DNA of 27,166 nt from the NCBI GenBank assembly GCA_030295235.1, contig AP026144.1, forward strand, positions 868,001-895,166. Direction: 5' to 3'. The translations under genes were made by a program, and so were the position numbers. Origin of the DNA: Fistulifera solaris. Lineage: Eukaryota. The notes below the pieces were generated by a model. That model had not been told where the DNA came from. It worked only from the letters and a program-made list of their open reading frames with translations, and searched no databases. Shown here piece by piece: positions 1 to 9,811 of this stretch (position 1 is the stretch's first letter; each line of letters opens with the position of its first letter).

Positions 1-435
1 GAACTTTTGTGGTGTGAACTTTTGGTCGAAATGGCCAACAGCGGTCAACCCATTGAAAGCCACAATGGTCAACTCTGGAATGTAGTGGTGAACGAAGAGG
101 GTTTCCCTTGCATCAAAACAATACAACAATTGAATGAAACCCATTCCATGGATGCTTGCATCACAAAATGTGACATTCTGGCACGCAATGGTATTGTTCA
201 CGAAATTGATTCGCTTATTGTGTATCAAAGCTTGGATACACTCGCTCCATTCCCACCGGTGGCGCCCTTTGCCCCGTCAGCTCCATCGCCGCTTTTCGAA
301 CAACCCATCCAGCGTGACAACATAACAGCTCCTACTTTGGCACCCAGTTCGGCAGCGTGGCGAACAACAACGTCGTCGTCGTCGTGGGGATTGGTATCGT
401 CTCTACTTGCCGCTATGTTGTGCTATTTCCTCTAG
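1..435 (+). CDS. Fasciclin (FAS1) domain cell-surface protein, 3' part only, probable GPI or membrane anchor
   Basis: Frame is open from base 1. FAS1 H2-like motif CDILARNGIVHEIDSLI is followed by a Pro/Ala/Ser-rich stalk and a hydrophobic C-terminus (SSAAW...LVSSLLAAMLCYFL*). Confidence 0.7.
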   Translation, partial: ELLWCELLVEMANSGQPIESHNGQLWNVVVNEEGFPCIKTIQQLNETHSMDACITKCDILARNGIVHEIDSLIVYQSLDTLAPFPPVAPFAPSAPSPLFEQPIQRDNITAPTLAPSSAAWRTTTSSSSWGLVSSLLAAMLCYFL

Positions 436-551
436 GCGAGCGGCGAACAAACACTCTCCCCCTTTTTAGGATTGCATATTTATTTCTAGTTTATTTTGTA
501 TGAGAATCAAACAAACGTACCAAGCCACTGTACTATGACTGTAGTCGCTTT

Positions 552-1955
552 TCAGGATCCTGATAGTTGACAGGAAAATGGTGCTCCATGCTTTGACCAG
601 TCTTGTTGAATAGAATAGACAGACCCAGCAGTAGCTGTGATCATAAAGACGAGAGAAAAGTATGTCAACGCACAGCTCCAATCGAGTGACAGTCTAAATA
701 ATGCTAATCCGTGTCGCTTTCGCCAAAAGACAGCGGGCAAGAGCAGCGTCAAGGGAACGGATGTAATCGCTCCAATGAAAGACACGAGATCCGAAAAGAA
801 GGGAATCGCGTTTGATAAAGAGAGCGCCAGACTCTGAGGTGCTCGTTGACGATCGACCAGCTCGTGTCGAATGTTCAAAAATAATTTTTGACTGCCCACG
901 GCAAAGCCAATACTACCCAAAGCACTGAATTTCCGTAACCAGCTGGTGACGGTCGAGGTTGCTGGTAAACTCATGTCCGTATGTATTTTTGAAGATGCTG
1001 AAAAATGAATGGCATGGATACATTGCACTACCACCACCAACAAGGCCAATAAACTCAATAGACTGGCTGTTCGCCCCAAGCGCGCCATGGTCCGCAGTTG
1101 ACTGACACCCAACATACAGAGACAGGCACACAAACCCGCCATCGGCAAACACAGACGTACAAAAACCGCTTGCAAGGCATGACTCATGACCAAGACATAA
1201 TTCCCCAAAACGAGAAATATGTTGGAGTAGTAAATGATACGAACCATTCTTGTCGCCCTTTTGTGATCAAACAGCGCTTGTGTGAAACCAATAAAGTCAT
1301 GAGTGGCCGTGTCGTGGTGCAATTTTTCTCCCGTACAAGCTGTTAGGGGAAGTAGATCGACCCACTCGGGGTCACTCTGCTGCTGTTGTTGCGATAATAA
1401 ACTCAGGATAGAATTCGCTGTATTCTGATTGATTTCTCGATAGTCAGTGTCATCGGCTATCTTGGATTGAATAACTTCCGACTGGGTGTTCTTTTCCAAG
1501 CAAGCTGTCTTGGCAATTTTACCCTGTTGCAACGATTCCTGATACCATCGATTCTCTAATTCATGTTGCTGTTCGACATCTAATGCGGTCCAATGTAAGA
1601 TCGTTCCCGCATATAGATTGATCGGCAACTGCATTACTAAGAAGAAGAACCCCCAGAAATTCCCCAGTGTGGCAATGTTGCCCGGCAACGCTAACAAACC
1701 CGTCCCCAAACATTCCGCCGTCAACAAAAGAGCACCTTGACCGACATTTAAAAGACGGGATGCATCATTGTTACCTGGTGAATAATTCGAATCGATACTG
1801 AATTCAGAATCATGACGAATCAACACGTTGCTGGTAAGATTCGTGGGCAATAATTGTGTTTGCTCGTTGGTTGTTACATTCGAAGGATGATTTGAGGCGT
1901 TCTTTGTCGGATGATGATCCTTCGGCGGTTCGAATATATCCAGAAGTGATGTCAT
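552..1955 (-). CDS. Amino acid transporter (Aa_trans/AAAP family), apparently lacking an internal segment
   Basis: TM1 motif LLTAECLGTGLLALPGNIATLG, plus LGNYVLVM, GFAVGSQKLFLNIRHEL and IPFFSDLVSFIGAITSVPLTLLLPAVFW. The ORF is open to 2087, but the ATG at 1955 (MTSLLDIFEPP) is the more plausible start. Confidence 0.8.
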   Translation of the reverse strand: MTSLLDIFEPPKDHHPTKNASNHPSNVTTNEQTQLLPTNLTSNVLIRHDSEFSIDSNYSPGNNDASRLLNVGQGALLLTAECLGTGLLALPGNIATLGNFWGFFFLVMQLPINLYAGTILHWTALDVEQQHELENRWYQESLQQGKIAKTACLEKNTQSEVIQSKIADDTDYREINQNTANSILSLLSQQQQQSDPEWVDLLPLTACTGEKLHHDTATHDFIGFTQALFDHKRATRMVRIIYYSNIFLVLGNYVLVMSHALQAVFVRLCLPMAGLCACLCMLGVSQLRTMARLGRTASLLSLLALLVVVVQCIHAIHFSASSKIHTDMSLPATSTVTSWLRKFSALGSIGFAVGSQKLFLNIRHELVDRQRAPQSLALSLSNAIPFFSDLVSFIGAITSVPLTLLLPAVFWRKRHGLALFRLSLDWSCALTYFSLVFMITATAGSVYSIQQDWSKHGAPFSCQLSGS

Positions 1956-2749
1956 ATGCTTTTGATGCAGCAGGAAGAGATAGAAGGGAAAGATATACGG
2001 TTGTGTAATAGGAAGAAGCATATTATAATGACGAGAATCAGGACGAAAACGAAACTTATTTTTTTGCGAAAAAATGTCGCTCATCATTCGTGATTTACAT
2101 CGTCCTACGCGGTAAGTTAGACTTCATTAGAGAGTACAAGGAGTAACGTGCGACGTGCGACGCATTGGGGAAAAAACCCAGTCACGGACTATGTAAAGAA
2201 TGATAAACGACTACGAATATTGGACTGCAATAACTAAATGATACTCCGTACAGAACAGTGATATTCATGAATGGAAGTCGAAAACCTTGTGCATGCTGAG
2301 CTACTCCAAACTACTAGCTCAATGCGCTTTCTCAACGTCGCCACGACTGCATTTTAAGTCAATGATCAATGATCAAAAAAAGTTGTGTCTTAGCTGGCGA
2401 TGGCTCTTTTGCCTTTGTTTAGGTTGTATATCATATTTTTGTAACGCAATGATTAAAATAAATGTGGTAAGGCTATCATTACCAATCGATTTGCTGCATA
2501 AAATCGATCAATGTAGCTAATTTTTTTCATACACAAAATAAAGGGAGCATTCTACTCTTGTCAGCGTTTTTCTCCTTCCCCAGTTTAGCGACGGCCCAAG
2601 GAGGTCATGCGGCGCTGAATCTGTGCGTGGGACTCTGTGATAAGAGAGAGAGTGGTTAGTCAATGCATCATTGCATCATTAACGAGATACAGAAACGACG
2701 CAAAAGCTACAGGTCTCGTTCGCCCAACTCGTCCTATATTCATACGAAA

Positions 2750-3115
2750 TTACTCACCACGCTTTTCTGACAAAGCCCGACGGGCCTCGACGGCTGCACC
2801 GGCAGTCATTCCGGCAAACGGATCGGTAGGTCGTCGCGACGACAGGCGATAGCTGTGACATGCGTCAGGAAGATCTTCGTAGCGCAGCTGGGACGCCAGT
2901 CGCTCACAGTAGGCTTGATCGGAAGACGATGAAGTAGTAGTAGAACCTGCAATTATTTGAATGAAATAAAAAGGAAGTGAGATGACTGAAACAAAAAGAC
3001 GGTGGGGCAACACGACCCCAATAGAACGTAAAAGTCCTCGAAATACACAACACAACAACTTACCCGTCTTGGATGATACGGGGCTGTTCTTGGGAATTGA
3101 AGTTGCGAGAACCAT
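2750..3115 (-). CDS. Small hypothetical protein (~82 aa after removing one 117-nt intron, 3063-2947)
   Basis: Donor ACG G|GTAAGT at 3063 and acceptor TTGCAG| at 2947 bound a pyrimidine-rich, in-frame intron. Spliced product: MVLATSIPKNSPVSSKTGSTTTSSSSDQAYCERLASQLRYEDLPDACHSYR...EKRGE. No family recognised. Confidence 0.45.
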   Translation of the reverse strand: MVLATSIPKNSPVSSKTGKLLCCVFRGLLRSIGVVLPHRLFVSVISLPFYFIQIIAGSTTTSSSSDQAYCERLASQLRYEDLPDACHSYRLSSRRPTDPFAGMTAGAAVEARRALSEKRGE

Positions 3116-3616
3116 GATATCGTTTAGTTTTATTGAACAGGAAAGGATCTTTGGAGAGCAATGACCGGAAGAGGAAGAAAATGAATGATCTCTCTGGCGC
3201 AGAAAATCAACAGAAGGAAGCAGAAAAAAAACGATCGATGGATCCGTGTCAAGGATACCATGTCAGACGCGGAGTGGTACCAGTACCAGAAGTACCCTGT
3301 AGTATTCAACAAAGAGTGCAATCCAAATGGAGCTCTACATCAAAACACGCAGAACACGGAAGAACAGCGTGGGCTGTAGGTCACTGGGATCTTTGTGTTC
3401 TATAAAGAACCGTACCAGGGTACGTGGTGTTCTTCTACCAATCAAAACCGACGGAATTAACGATTGCTCGAAGATACGCCAACTTCACCGAAAAAAGTCT
3501 AGTAAGAACGGCAACGAGAGTTTAGCTCTACTATTTGCAAGCACTAGACTCATATTGTCGCAATCAATCATTATACATTTGATTTTGTTGAACGTGGATA
3601 CTACTGATTTGCCGAT

Positions 3617-4923
3617 CTAGCCCTCATAATCTGGAATAATCTCAACACCCGGCAGTTTATCACCCGCCAGGAGTTCAAGGGTGGCGCCACCTCCGGTGGA
3701 AACGTACGTAACCGAGGACGTCTTGTCAAAGGCAGCTAAGGCCGCCACACTATCACCACCTCCAACGACGGTAATAGTACCGTTGCGGGTCACTTTCTCG
3801 AGTTCATCTACCAGCATGCGAGTCCCTTGATCGAAAGGGGCAATTTCGAAGACTCCCATGGGTCCGTTGAAGCAAATCTTGCTAGATTCAGCCAACGCCG
3901 ATTTAAAGGAATCAATAGTCGCCGCACCACAGTCAAGACCCATCCAGCCTTCTTCAATGCCAGCACCAACTTTCATTTCAAACGTCTTCGTGCCTTTGGG
4001 ATTCATGGGGGCCTTGGGGAATCCTTGCGCACAAACGGCATCGATAGGCAGAAAGACCTTTTACCAGCAGCTTCGGCTTGCTCTAGCAAGGTCTTGGCAG
4101 TATCAATCATACCTTCTTCGACCAAACTGGTACCAATGTTGATACCTTTGGCTTTCAAAAAAGTAAAGGCCAGGCCACCTCCCAAGATCAAATTATCTAC
4201 GTTACTAAGAAGGCCCTGGATGACGGGCAGCTTTGTGCTGACTTTGGATCCTCCAATAATGGCCGTGATCTTATCGTCGGACGTGTGGCGGAAATCGAGA
4301 AAGGCAAGCTCAGAAGCGACCAAAATTCCGATACCAACTTTACTCTTGTCCGTCATGCACGCTGGAACACCGTGTGTCGACGCATGAGCACGATGGGCTG
4401 TTCCAAAAGCATCGTTGATATAAGCATCGGCGTAACTGGCGAGAACTTGCGCCATTTCCGGATCATTCTTCTCTTCCTTCTTGTAAAAGCGTAGATTCTC
4501 CAAGACACAGATTTGGCCTCCAGACAACTGAGACACGATATCTTTCGCGTCGAGACAATCGGGAGCAAAAACAACTTCCTTGTTAAGCAAGTTTCCCAAA
4601 TACTCGGCAATGGGCTTGAGAGACAAGGAGTGGCGTTCGTGACGCGTCGCCTCATCGTCGGCGCCGGCCTGCACCAACTTTGGACGTCCCATGTGACTGC
4701 ACAAGACGGCATTGCATCCAGCCTCGATGACACATTGAATCGTCGGCAAAGCACCGCGGATACGACTGTCGTCGGTAATGTTGCCATTCGAATCCATGGG
4801 AACGTTGAAATCAACTCGAATCAATAGAGTTTTATTGGGTTCTCCGAGGGTTTCGAGAACATCGTAGACGTTGCGTTTGCGAGTAGCGCCGGCGGGCATG
4901 GGAGGAATTCCGGGTTGCGACAT
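3617..4923 (-). CDS. PGK: Phosphoglycerate kinase, probably cytosolic (~435 aa), split by a 1-nt deletion at 4059-4062
   Basis: Hallmark motifs RVDFNVP, SHMGRP, LENLRFY, NDAFGTAHRAHAS, IIGGSKVSTK, NGPMGVFE, GGGDS and VSTGGGATLELLAG. Adding one A to the minus-strand A4 run joins ORFs 4003-4923 and 3617-4006 as GKKVFLPIDAVCA. No signal peptide is visible. Confidence 0.96.
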
Positions 4924-5483
4924 GATAGTTAATGAAGTATTTAACTATAAAGAAGGAATAGAAAGCATGTGAGACAGAGAACGAAATCTTTGAAGCTTTT
5001 CTACGACCGAATGCTAGCAGACAAAACGAACAGAAGTTCCTCGCAAGCAACGTGCACTGTATTCGCCTTCACTTCTGGATTGAAAACTATCGGTTGAGTA
5101 GATTGTAGCACTATCATCGTACCTTGGGTTGTTATTATCGATTCAGTCGATCGTTTTGTATTTACTTGGAACTTTTATGAAGGAGAAGATGATGCGATCG
5201 CATCTGCCGTCGACATGAAAAAAGATTTGGGATTCGCATCGATCACACTGCACTCAAAAAGTACACAGGCACGCGGAGAAGCCTTCGGTCGAAGCTATTC
5301 ATTCATTCGAGAGAAAGTACGACGCGTCACAAAGAGGGTCGTCGTCGGGTGTCAGCTGGTCCAATCAGTCCCATTTCGACGACTCAGTCACGTGTAATCT
5401 GTCACGAACGATTGACAAATGGGGTTTTCTTCTAGCAATAACTTCTATACTCTCAGGTTAGTCTATTCATTACAACGCTTCTT

Positions 5484-6197
5484 TTACTTTGCCTTTTTAG
5501 AATCACCATGTTTTGTTTGCTTCCCCTTCTTGGCCGACATAAACAACCCTTCGACGAGGATTTTCCCCATCTTGAAATACCAGAACCAATTCAATGCATA
5601 AAATCCTATCACAGCCAATACGATCGGGTGCTGCCAGTCCATACCTTCGTTCCGACATTCCTGGATCATGATCGGAATCCAGACAATCCGACACAATGTA
5701 AACACTGTAACAAATAACAAAAATTGCAATGGTTGTCGCGTGCGTTTCGCCCAGTGCATGAACGGATTGCTGAGTTCACACAGGGCCGCCTTACTGTTGG
5801 TGCGCAAATGCCGACACACGGGGTGTGTATAATTGGCGAGACCGAGTCCAAGGCACAAGATGCCGTGCAGTAAATAGGGTCCATCGCCTCGAAGACTGCA
5901 GTCGATAATATCAATTACAAAATAACCGACGGACCATAAGATACCGATTCTTTCATTGAAACGAGTATCGTCTTGATAATACAGACTGATGATTCCCAAT
6001 ACAATGGCTCCTAAATTGTGTAAATTGTGTAAGGTTTCCCATTTGTGAAAGGAGAATTGGGAATGCCGTGCGTACGCGTACGCAGTCGTCCACAGAATCA
6101 GGGGAATTATGAAAGGTGCGATGGCATCGGGAGCATTATAGGATGACCAAGCGCTAGTCAATGATTCTTGGAGCATTGTTGCTGTATCTTGATTCAT
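5484..6197 (-). CDS. TLC (TRAM/LAG1/CLN8) domain membrane protein, TMEM56-like
   Basis: Multi-pass protein with SVGYFVIDIID, LLHG, CELSNPFMH, FTLCRIVW and LNWFWYFKM. The Lys-rich C-terminus (..SKKAK) resembles an ER-retrieval signal. Confidence 0.8.
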   Translation of the reverse strand: MNQDTATMLQESLTSAWSSYNAPDAIAPFIIPLILWTTAYAYARHSQFSFHKWETLHNLHNLGAIVLGIISLYYQDDTRFNERIGILWSVGYFVIDIIDCSLRGDGPYLLHGILCLGLGLANYTHPVCRHLRTNSKAALCELSNPFMHWAKRTRQPLQFLLFVTVFTLCRIVWIPIMIQECRNEGMDWQHPIVLAVIGFYALNWFWYFKMGKILVEGLFMSAKKGKQTKHGDSKKAK

Positions 6198-6440
6198 CTT
6201 TTATTGACTTGTGTCTGTGGTTTGTGATCGAATGTTGCAATTTGTTCTGTGCATGCGTTGTGCGTTTTGAAAACGAATTTTCCCCCCAGCGCGACAGTCT
6301 GTCTGTCGGACATCGGCATTCGGACGAAATAATATGGGCGACGATTACGAAAACCATGCGCTTCGGTACCCAGTCCCTAAGTAAAATTCATCGTTACGTA
6401 TCAGGTACTTTTTACTTTGTAGTCACACCCGTTTTCACAC

Positions 6441-6462
6441 GATGATGATGATGATGATGATG
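6441..6462. repeat. (GAT)7 microsatellite in a divergent intergenic region
   Basis: gatgatgatgatgatgatgatg read directly. Confidence 0.9.
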
Positions 6463-6542
6463 CTGTGATTGTTGTTCTGTTTGTTTATAGTCAACGAATC
6501 GTATCCTCTCACTTTTTGACTTACTTCCGAGAAAGAACCACC

Positions 6543-7005
6543 ATGAAGGAATGCAGTAATACGGCCGAAACAGCCGCAATCGATCAGATCGCTTGCATTC
6601 TGAGTTACAACGGAACTGTTCTGGATACGGTTTTGAATTACACAATCTTGGCCGCACATGTGTACGCGGACCGTATCGCAACCACACGTCGTTCTACCGC
6701 AACCACTCTTTCCTGCTTCCTATTCGTTTTTGGGTTTCCAAATTGTCTTGTGCTTGGTGGTTGGATGTTCCGGCATCTCCATCATTTGGTGTGCTTGTTT
6801 GGGATGGCAGTATCGACAATTGCCTCTTTGGCTGGGTATTCTTGACGGCCTTCTGCTCTTGTATTATGCCGTTACAGCGGAATGGATCACAACCATCGCA
6901 CATGCTTGTGCGATTGTCTTGGGTCAAGGACTCTACGCGATGTCGATGTGTTTGGAAGATTCGTTGCATCAACGACCTATGTATCGCCCCATTGACACGA
7001 AATGA
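6543..7005 (+). CDS. Hypothetical small multi-pass membrane protein (~150 aa), with a frameshift near 6665-6695
   Basis: ATG 6543 gives MKECSNTAETAAIDQIACILSYNG... and appears to continue in the +1 frame as hydrophobic segments FLGFQIVLCLVVGCSGISIIW, LLLLYYAVTAEWITTIAHACAIVLG. The join is inferred. Confidence 0.5.
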
Positions 7006-7113
7006 AGGAAAGAAAAATAAGAAGGAATGATTCGCGGTTACGATGAAAATATGCGGAATCTAAGATCAATCTACATACATCAAGAAATGACTGTCGTGGG
7101 AACTACTTTTCAG

Positions 7114-8044
7114 TCACTTCCCAGTCAAAGTCTTGCAGCATTCGTTTTCACAATCAGGTGTAGGCGGGGATATCGCTTTCGCGTTTTTGACACAACACGT
7201 CGTTGCGCAACAGTAGCAACTACCACAAGAATGCAAACATTCCGAATGTTTCAACAACAGGATTTCAATCTCTTCCAGATCACTCGATCGAAAGATCCAG
7301 TACATCACATACCACACCAAAAGGAGCATTCCCCAAAAAGCCCCATAGAAAGCTTTGAACCATCGTGCTGTACACTTTTGATGCTGAAGCATGGTTGCAA
7401 TGTCTTGCCAGTGGTGCAAGGCTCGACTACAAGAAGGATGGACGTTTTGTTCGATCCATGCGGTTTGCAAACAATCACTGGGAAAGGTTGTAGATACTAA
7501 CGGATAGGACTGACTCTCAATGAAATCTTCCGTCAAGTGACGGCGACTGGTTGCTGTGCGAAGATATTGTGGTTCAGCAGACGAAGTGGTACTAGGAACT
7601 GAACTTGTTGGTGATATCGCTGAGTCGGGTATATTGCGTTTTTCAATGCTGGAATCCATCAATTGAATCATGTGAGGTGCACTGTCTCGTTCTAAAGACA
7701 AAGTTAAAGTCCAGGCATCCATTTGCGGCGTTGATACCGTGTGTGACGGCTCGGATGAGGAGACTGATTCGCATAGTTCCCGCTCATCTCGAAGACACAG
7801 ATCGTGCGCCGCTACGTACGCCGCCTCCACATCTTCTAAAGCTCTATTCCAGTAGTCGTTCAGCACTTGATCTGTGAAAATGATTCCATAGACATTGTGG
7901 ATTATTCAAGTTATTGAGAATCGAGTGGAAAGCATTGCAAACAGGTATATATTTTTTTTGTTTCTTACATTTTCGAATGACCGAGACACAGCACGCAATC
8001 GTCAAAAGAAAAGTGAGAAATGACTGAAGCTTTGTCATTCTCAT
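7114..8044 (-). CDS. Cys-tailed membrane protein, paralog A (277 aa; exons 8044-7969 and 7871-7114)
   Basis: Exon 1 MRMTKLQSFLTFLLTIACCVSVIRK is signal/anchor-like. A phase-1 intron GTAAGA...TTTTCACAG (97 nt) joins it in frame to YQVLNDYWNR. A TM segment (FYGAFWGMLLLVWYVMYWIF) precedes a tail with 10 Cys. Confidence 0.75.
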
Positions 8045-9150
8045 TATCTTTCAGAGATACACAACGTATTTGTTTTATCAACTACAATGCATCGATCGTT
8101 TTCTACTGTAGTTATTGCATGGTCTCGCCATGACAAATGAGAATCCATAAAGCTCTTTTTTCATCATCTCTCCCCGTGATCCTTTTTCTTCAAAAACTCG
8201 TGCAAATGAATGTCAAAATATCAATGCCGCTGTTCGACGGTGTTCTTTGTCGTACTCAAAAGTTTACAGTCTTTTTCACATGCGTCGCTGTCTGTGTTCC
8301 AACGAACAATCTTACCGGTTCCAAATATTTTATCTGGCGAATATCCACTCATGACTGGAAAGCAGTCATGAAGAAAGGTCGCCGACATTATTTATTTGGG
8401 TTTACCAGTAGAGCAAATTTAAAAGATAACAATTTTTACAAGACTTTTCGACCGTGAAGAGTCGATGCGTGAAGTTCAAATGCTATTGTTAATACTTGGG
8501 TCGGATATAAAAATACTTATCATTAGTTGACAAGCTTGCAGAACGAGCAGAGTTCAACTACCGTATCAGTCGAGCTCTGGGAGAATGCGCTTGGCGAGAC
8601 TTGAAGCGCACCGCTTTCCTGCTGACCAGCTACACTGACTCCTTGAACGAGTTGGTTCAGTCAGCAGTCCTTGGTGTCACAGAACTCACTGATGAACATG
8701 ATAACAAGTTGTCGGTTGATTCTTGTGAGCGATCCTCTCGGTTGAAACGTATTAGAACGAATTATGACAGAGAATAGGATCTCTAATTCAGTCGCGAATT
8801 CGGTCAGAGTCCTTCGTGGCTCTGGTAAACGCTTGGCTTGGAATCACCAGTAAAACCAAACAGCCAGATAACGAAGCATGACTCTTCTATGCGTTGTTGT
8901 TGACGATGTTGTTGAATGAATCTAGGCTACATATTCTCCGTTTTTAAATTTCACCAGTTTGATTGGTAGTGGACTTTTCTCCTACTAAATCGAGTTCAAT
9001 CCCGAGTTAAACTGCTAAACTTGTCGAAAAAAATTGTCAAAGAGAAAACATTGTAGACTACTACTGGATAAAATGAATTTTGGATATACATATATTCACT
9101 TATAGAAATAAACTTGAGATCCTCGTCTGTCTCTCTGATTGATTACCACT

Positions 9151-9310
9151 TTACGAGCTACTAATGTGCGTTTTGCAACAAGGACACTCGGAGCAGCAGT
9201 TGCAATCACCCGAGCGACTGTTATCGTTTTTACAGCAGTGACAGTTGTCACCGCACTTGCAATCAGGGGGAGCCACATGGGCAACGAGTTGTAGGCGCGG
9301 AGGAAGTCAT
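9151..9310 (-). CDS. Metallothionein-like protein (52 aa, 13 Cys), needing removal of one base from the G5 run at 9266-9270
   Basis: Manual translation: MTSSAPTTRCPCGSPDCKCGDNCHCCKNDNSRSGDCNCCSECPCCKTHISSS*. It has CxC and CxCC motifs, no Phe/Tyr/Trp, and two Cys clusters separated by a polar spacer. Absent from the ORF track. Confidence 0.75.
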
Positions 9311-9811
9311 GATCGCGGATCGATCTGTCTTGATTCTTTAAGAAAACGGGACATGAAAAAATGAGAAAAGCAGTGTAACGATCAAACGGCAAAGACAAAC
9401 ACAACAAGAAGAAACTTTTGACGCTTAATTCACAGAACAACCTCTTCCTATGAGATTCGTACCTCCTCGTTTGTGAGAGGAGAATGAAAGTAGGATGCAA
9501 AGTTTTGAACGTAAGGTCGTGTTCTCATGGTTCACGCTTCGGAAAAGAGATTACGGCGAAATCCATAGAAGAAACCATTTACGATAGAGCTAAATGGTCT
9601 TCCTTAAAAGGTGAACTCGTCCGATGAGTGATCCTGCATAACCGATGGTAAAGAAATACTTGTTAAAGAGTGACTTTTTAAGTGTACGTGACCCAAAAGA
9701 GGATTCACAGTCAGAACCACAAGGTAAATCAATTTTTTGACACACGGGCATAATGTAGAATATTGAGTAATAGGCGATGATTCCTCAATCGTCATCTTCC
9801 CGAACAGACAA

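Noticed and set aside
3133..3405. Overlapping short plus-strand ORFs (..WIRVKDTMSDAEWYQYQKYP..)
   Set aside because: They look somewhat protein-like and straddle an A8 run, but no family, clear start or promoter space supports a call.
4059..4062. Programmed ribosomal frameshifting in PGK and other split genes
   Set aside because: No slippery heptamer with downstream structure was seen, and similar homopolymer indels occur in many unrelated genes.
8619..8668. Imperfect hairpin (CTGCTGAC...GTCAGCAG) between paralog A and the metallothionein-like gene
   Set aside because: An 8-bp stem is expected by chance in 27 kb, and no tRNA or snoRNA hallmarks are present.
9263..9265. In-frame TGA in the metallothionein-like gene read as selenocysteine or readthrough
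   Set aside because: Readthrough continues as LQVR and meets another TGA with no Cys. The Cys-rich continuation is in a different frame.
9311..9800. Animal-type metal response elements (TGCRCNC) upstream of the metallothionein-like gene
   Set aside because: None were found by eye, and the motif is not established for diatoms.
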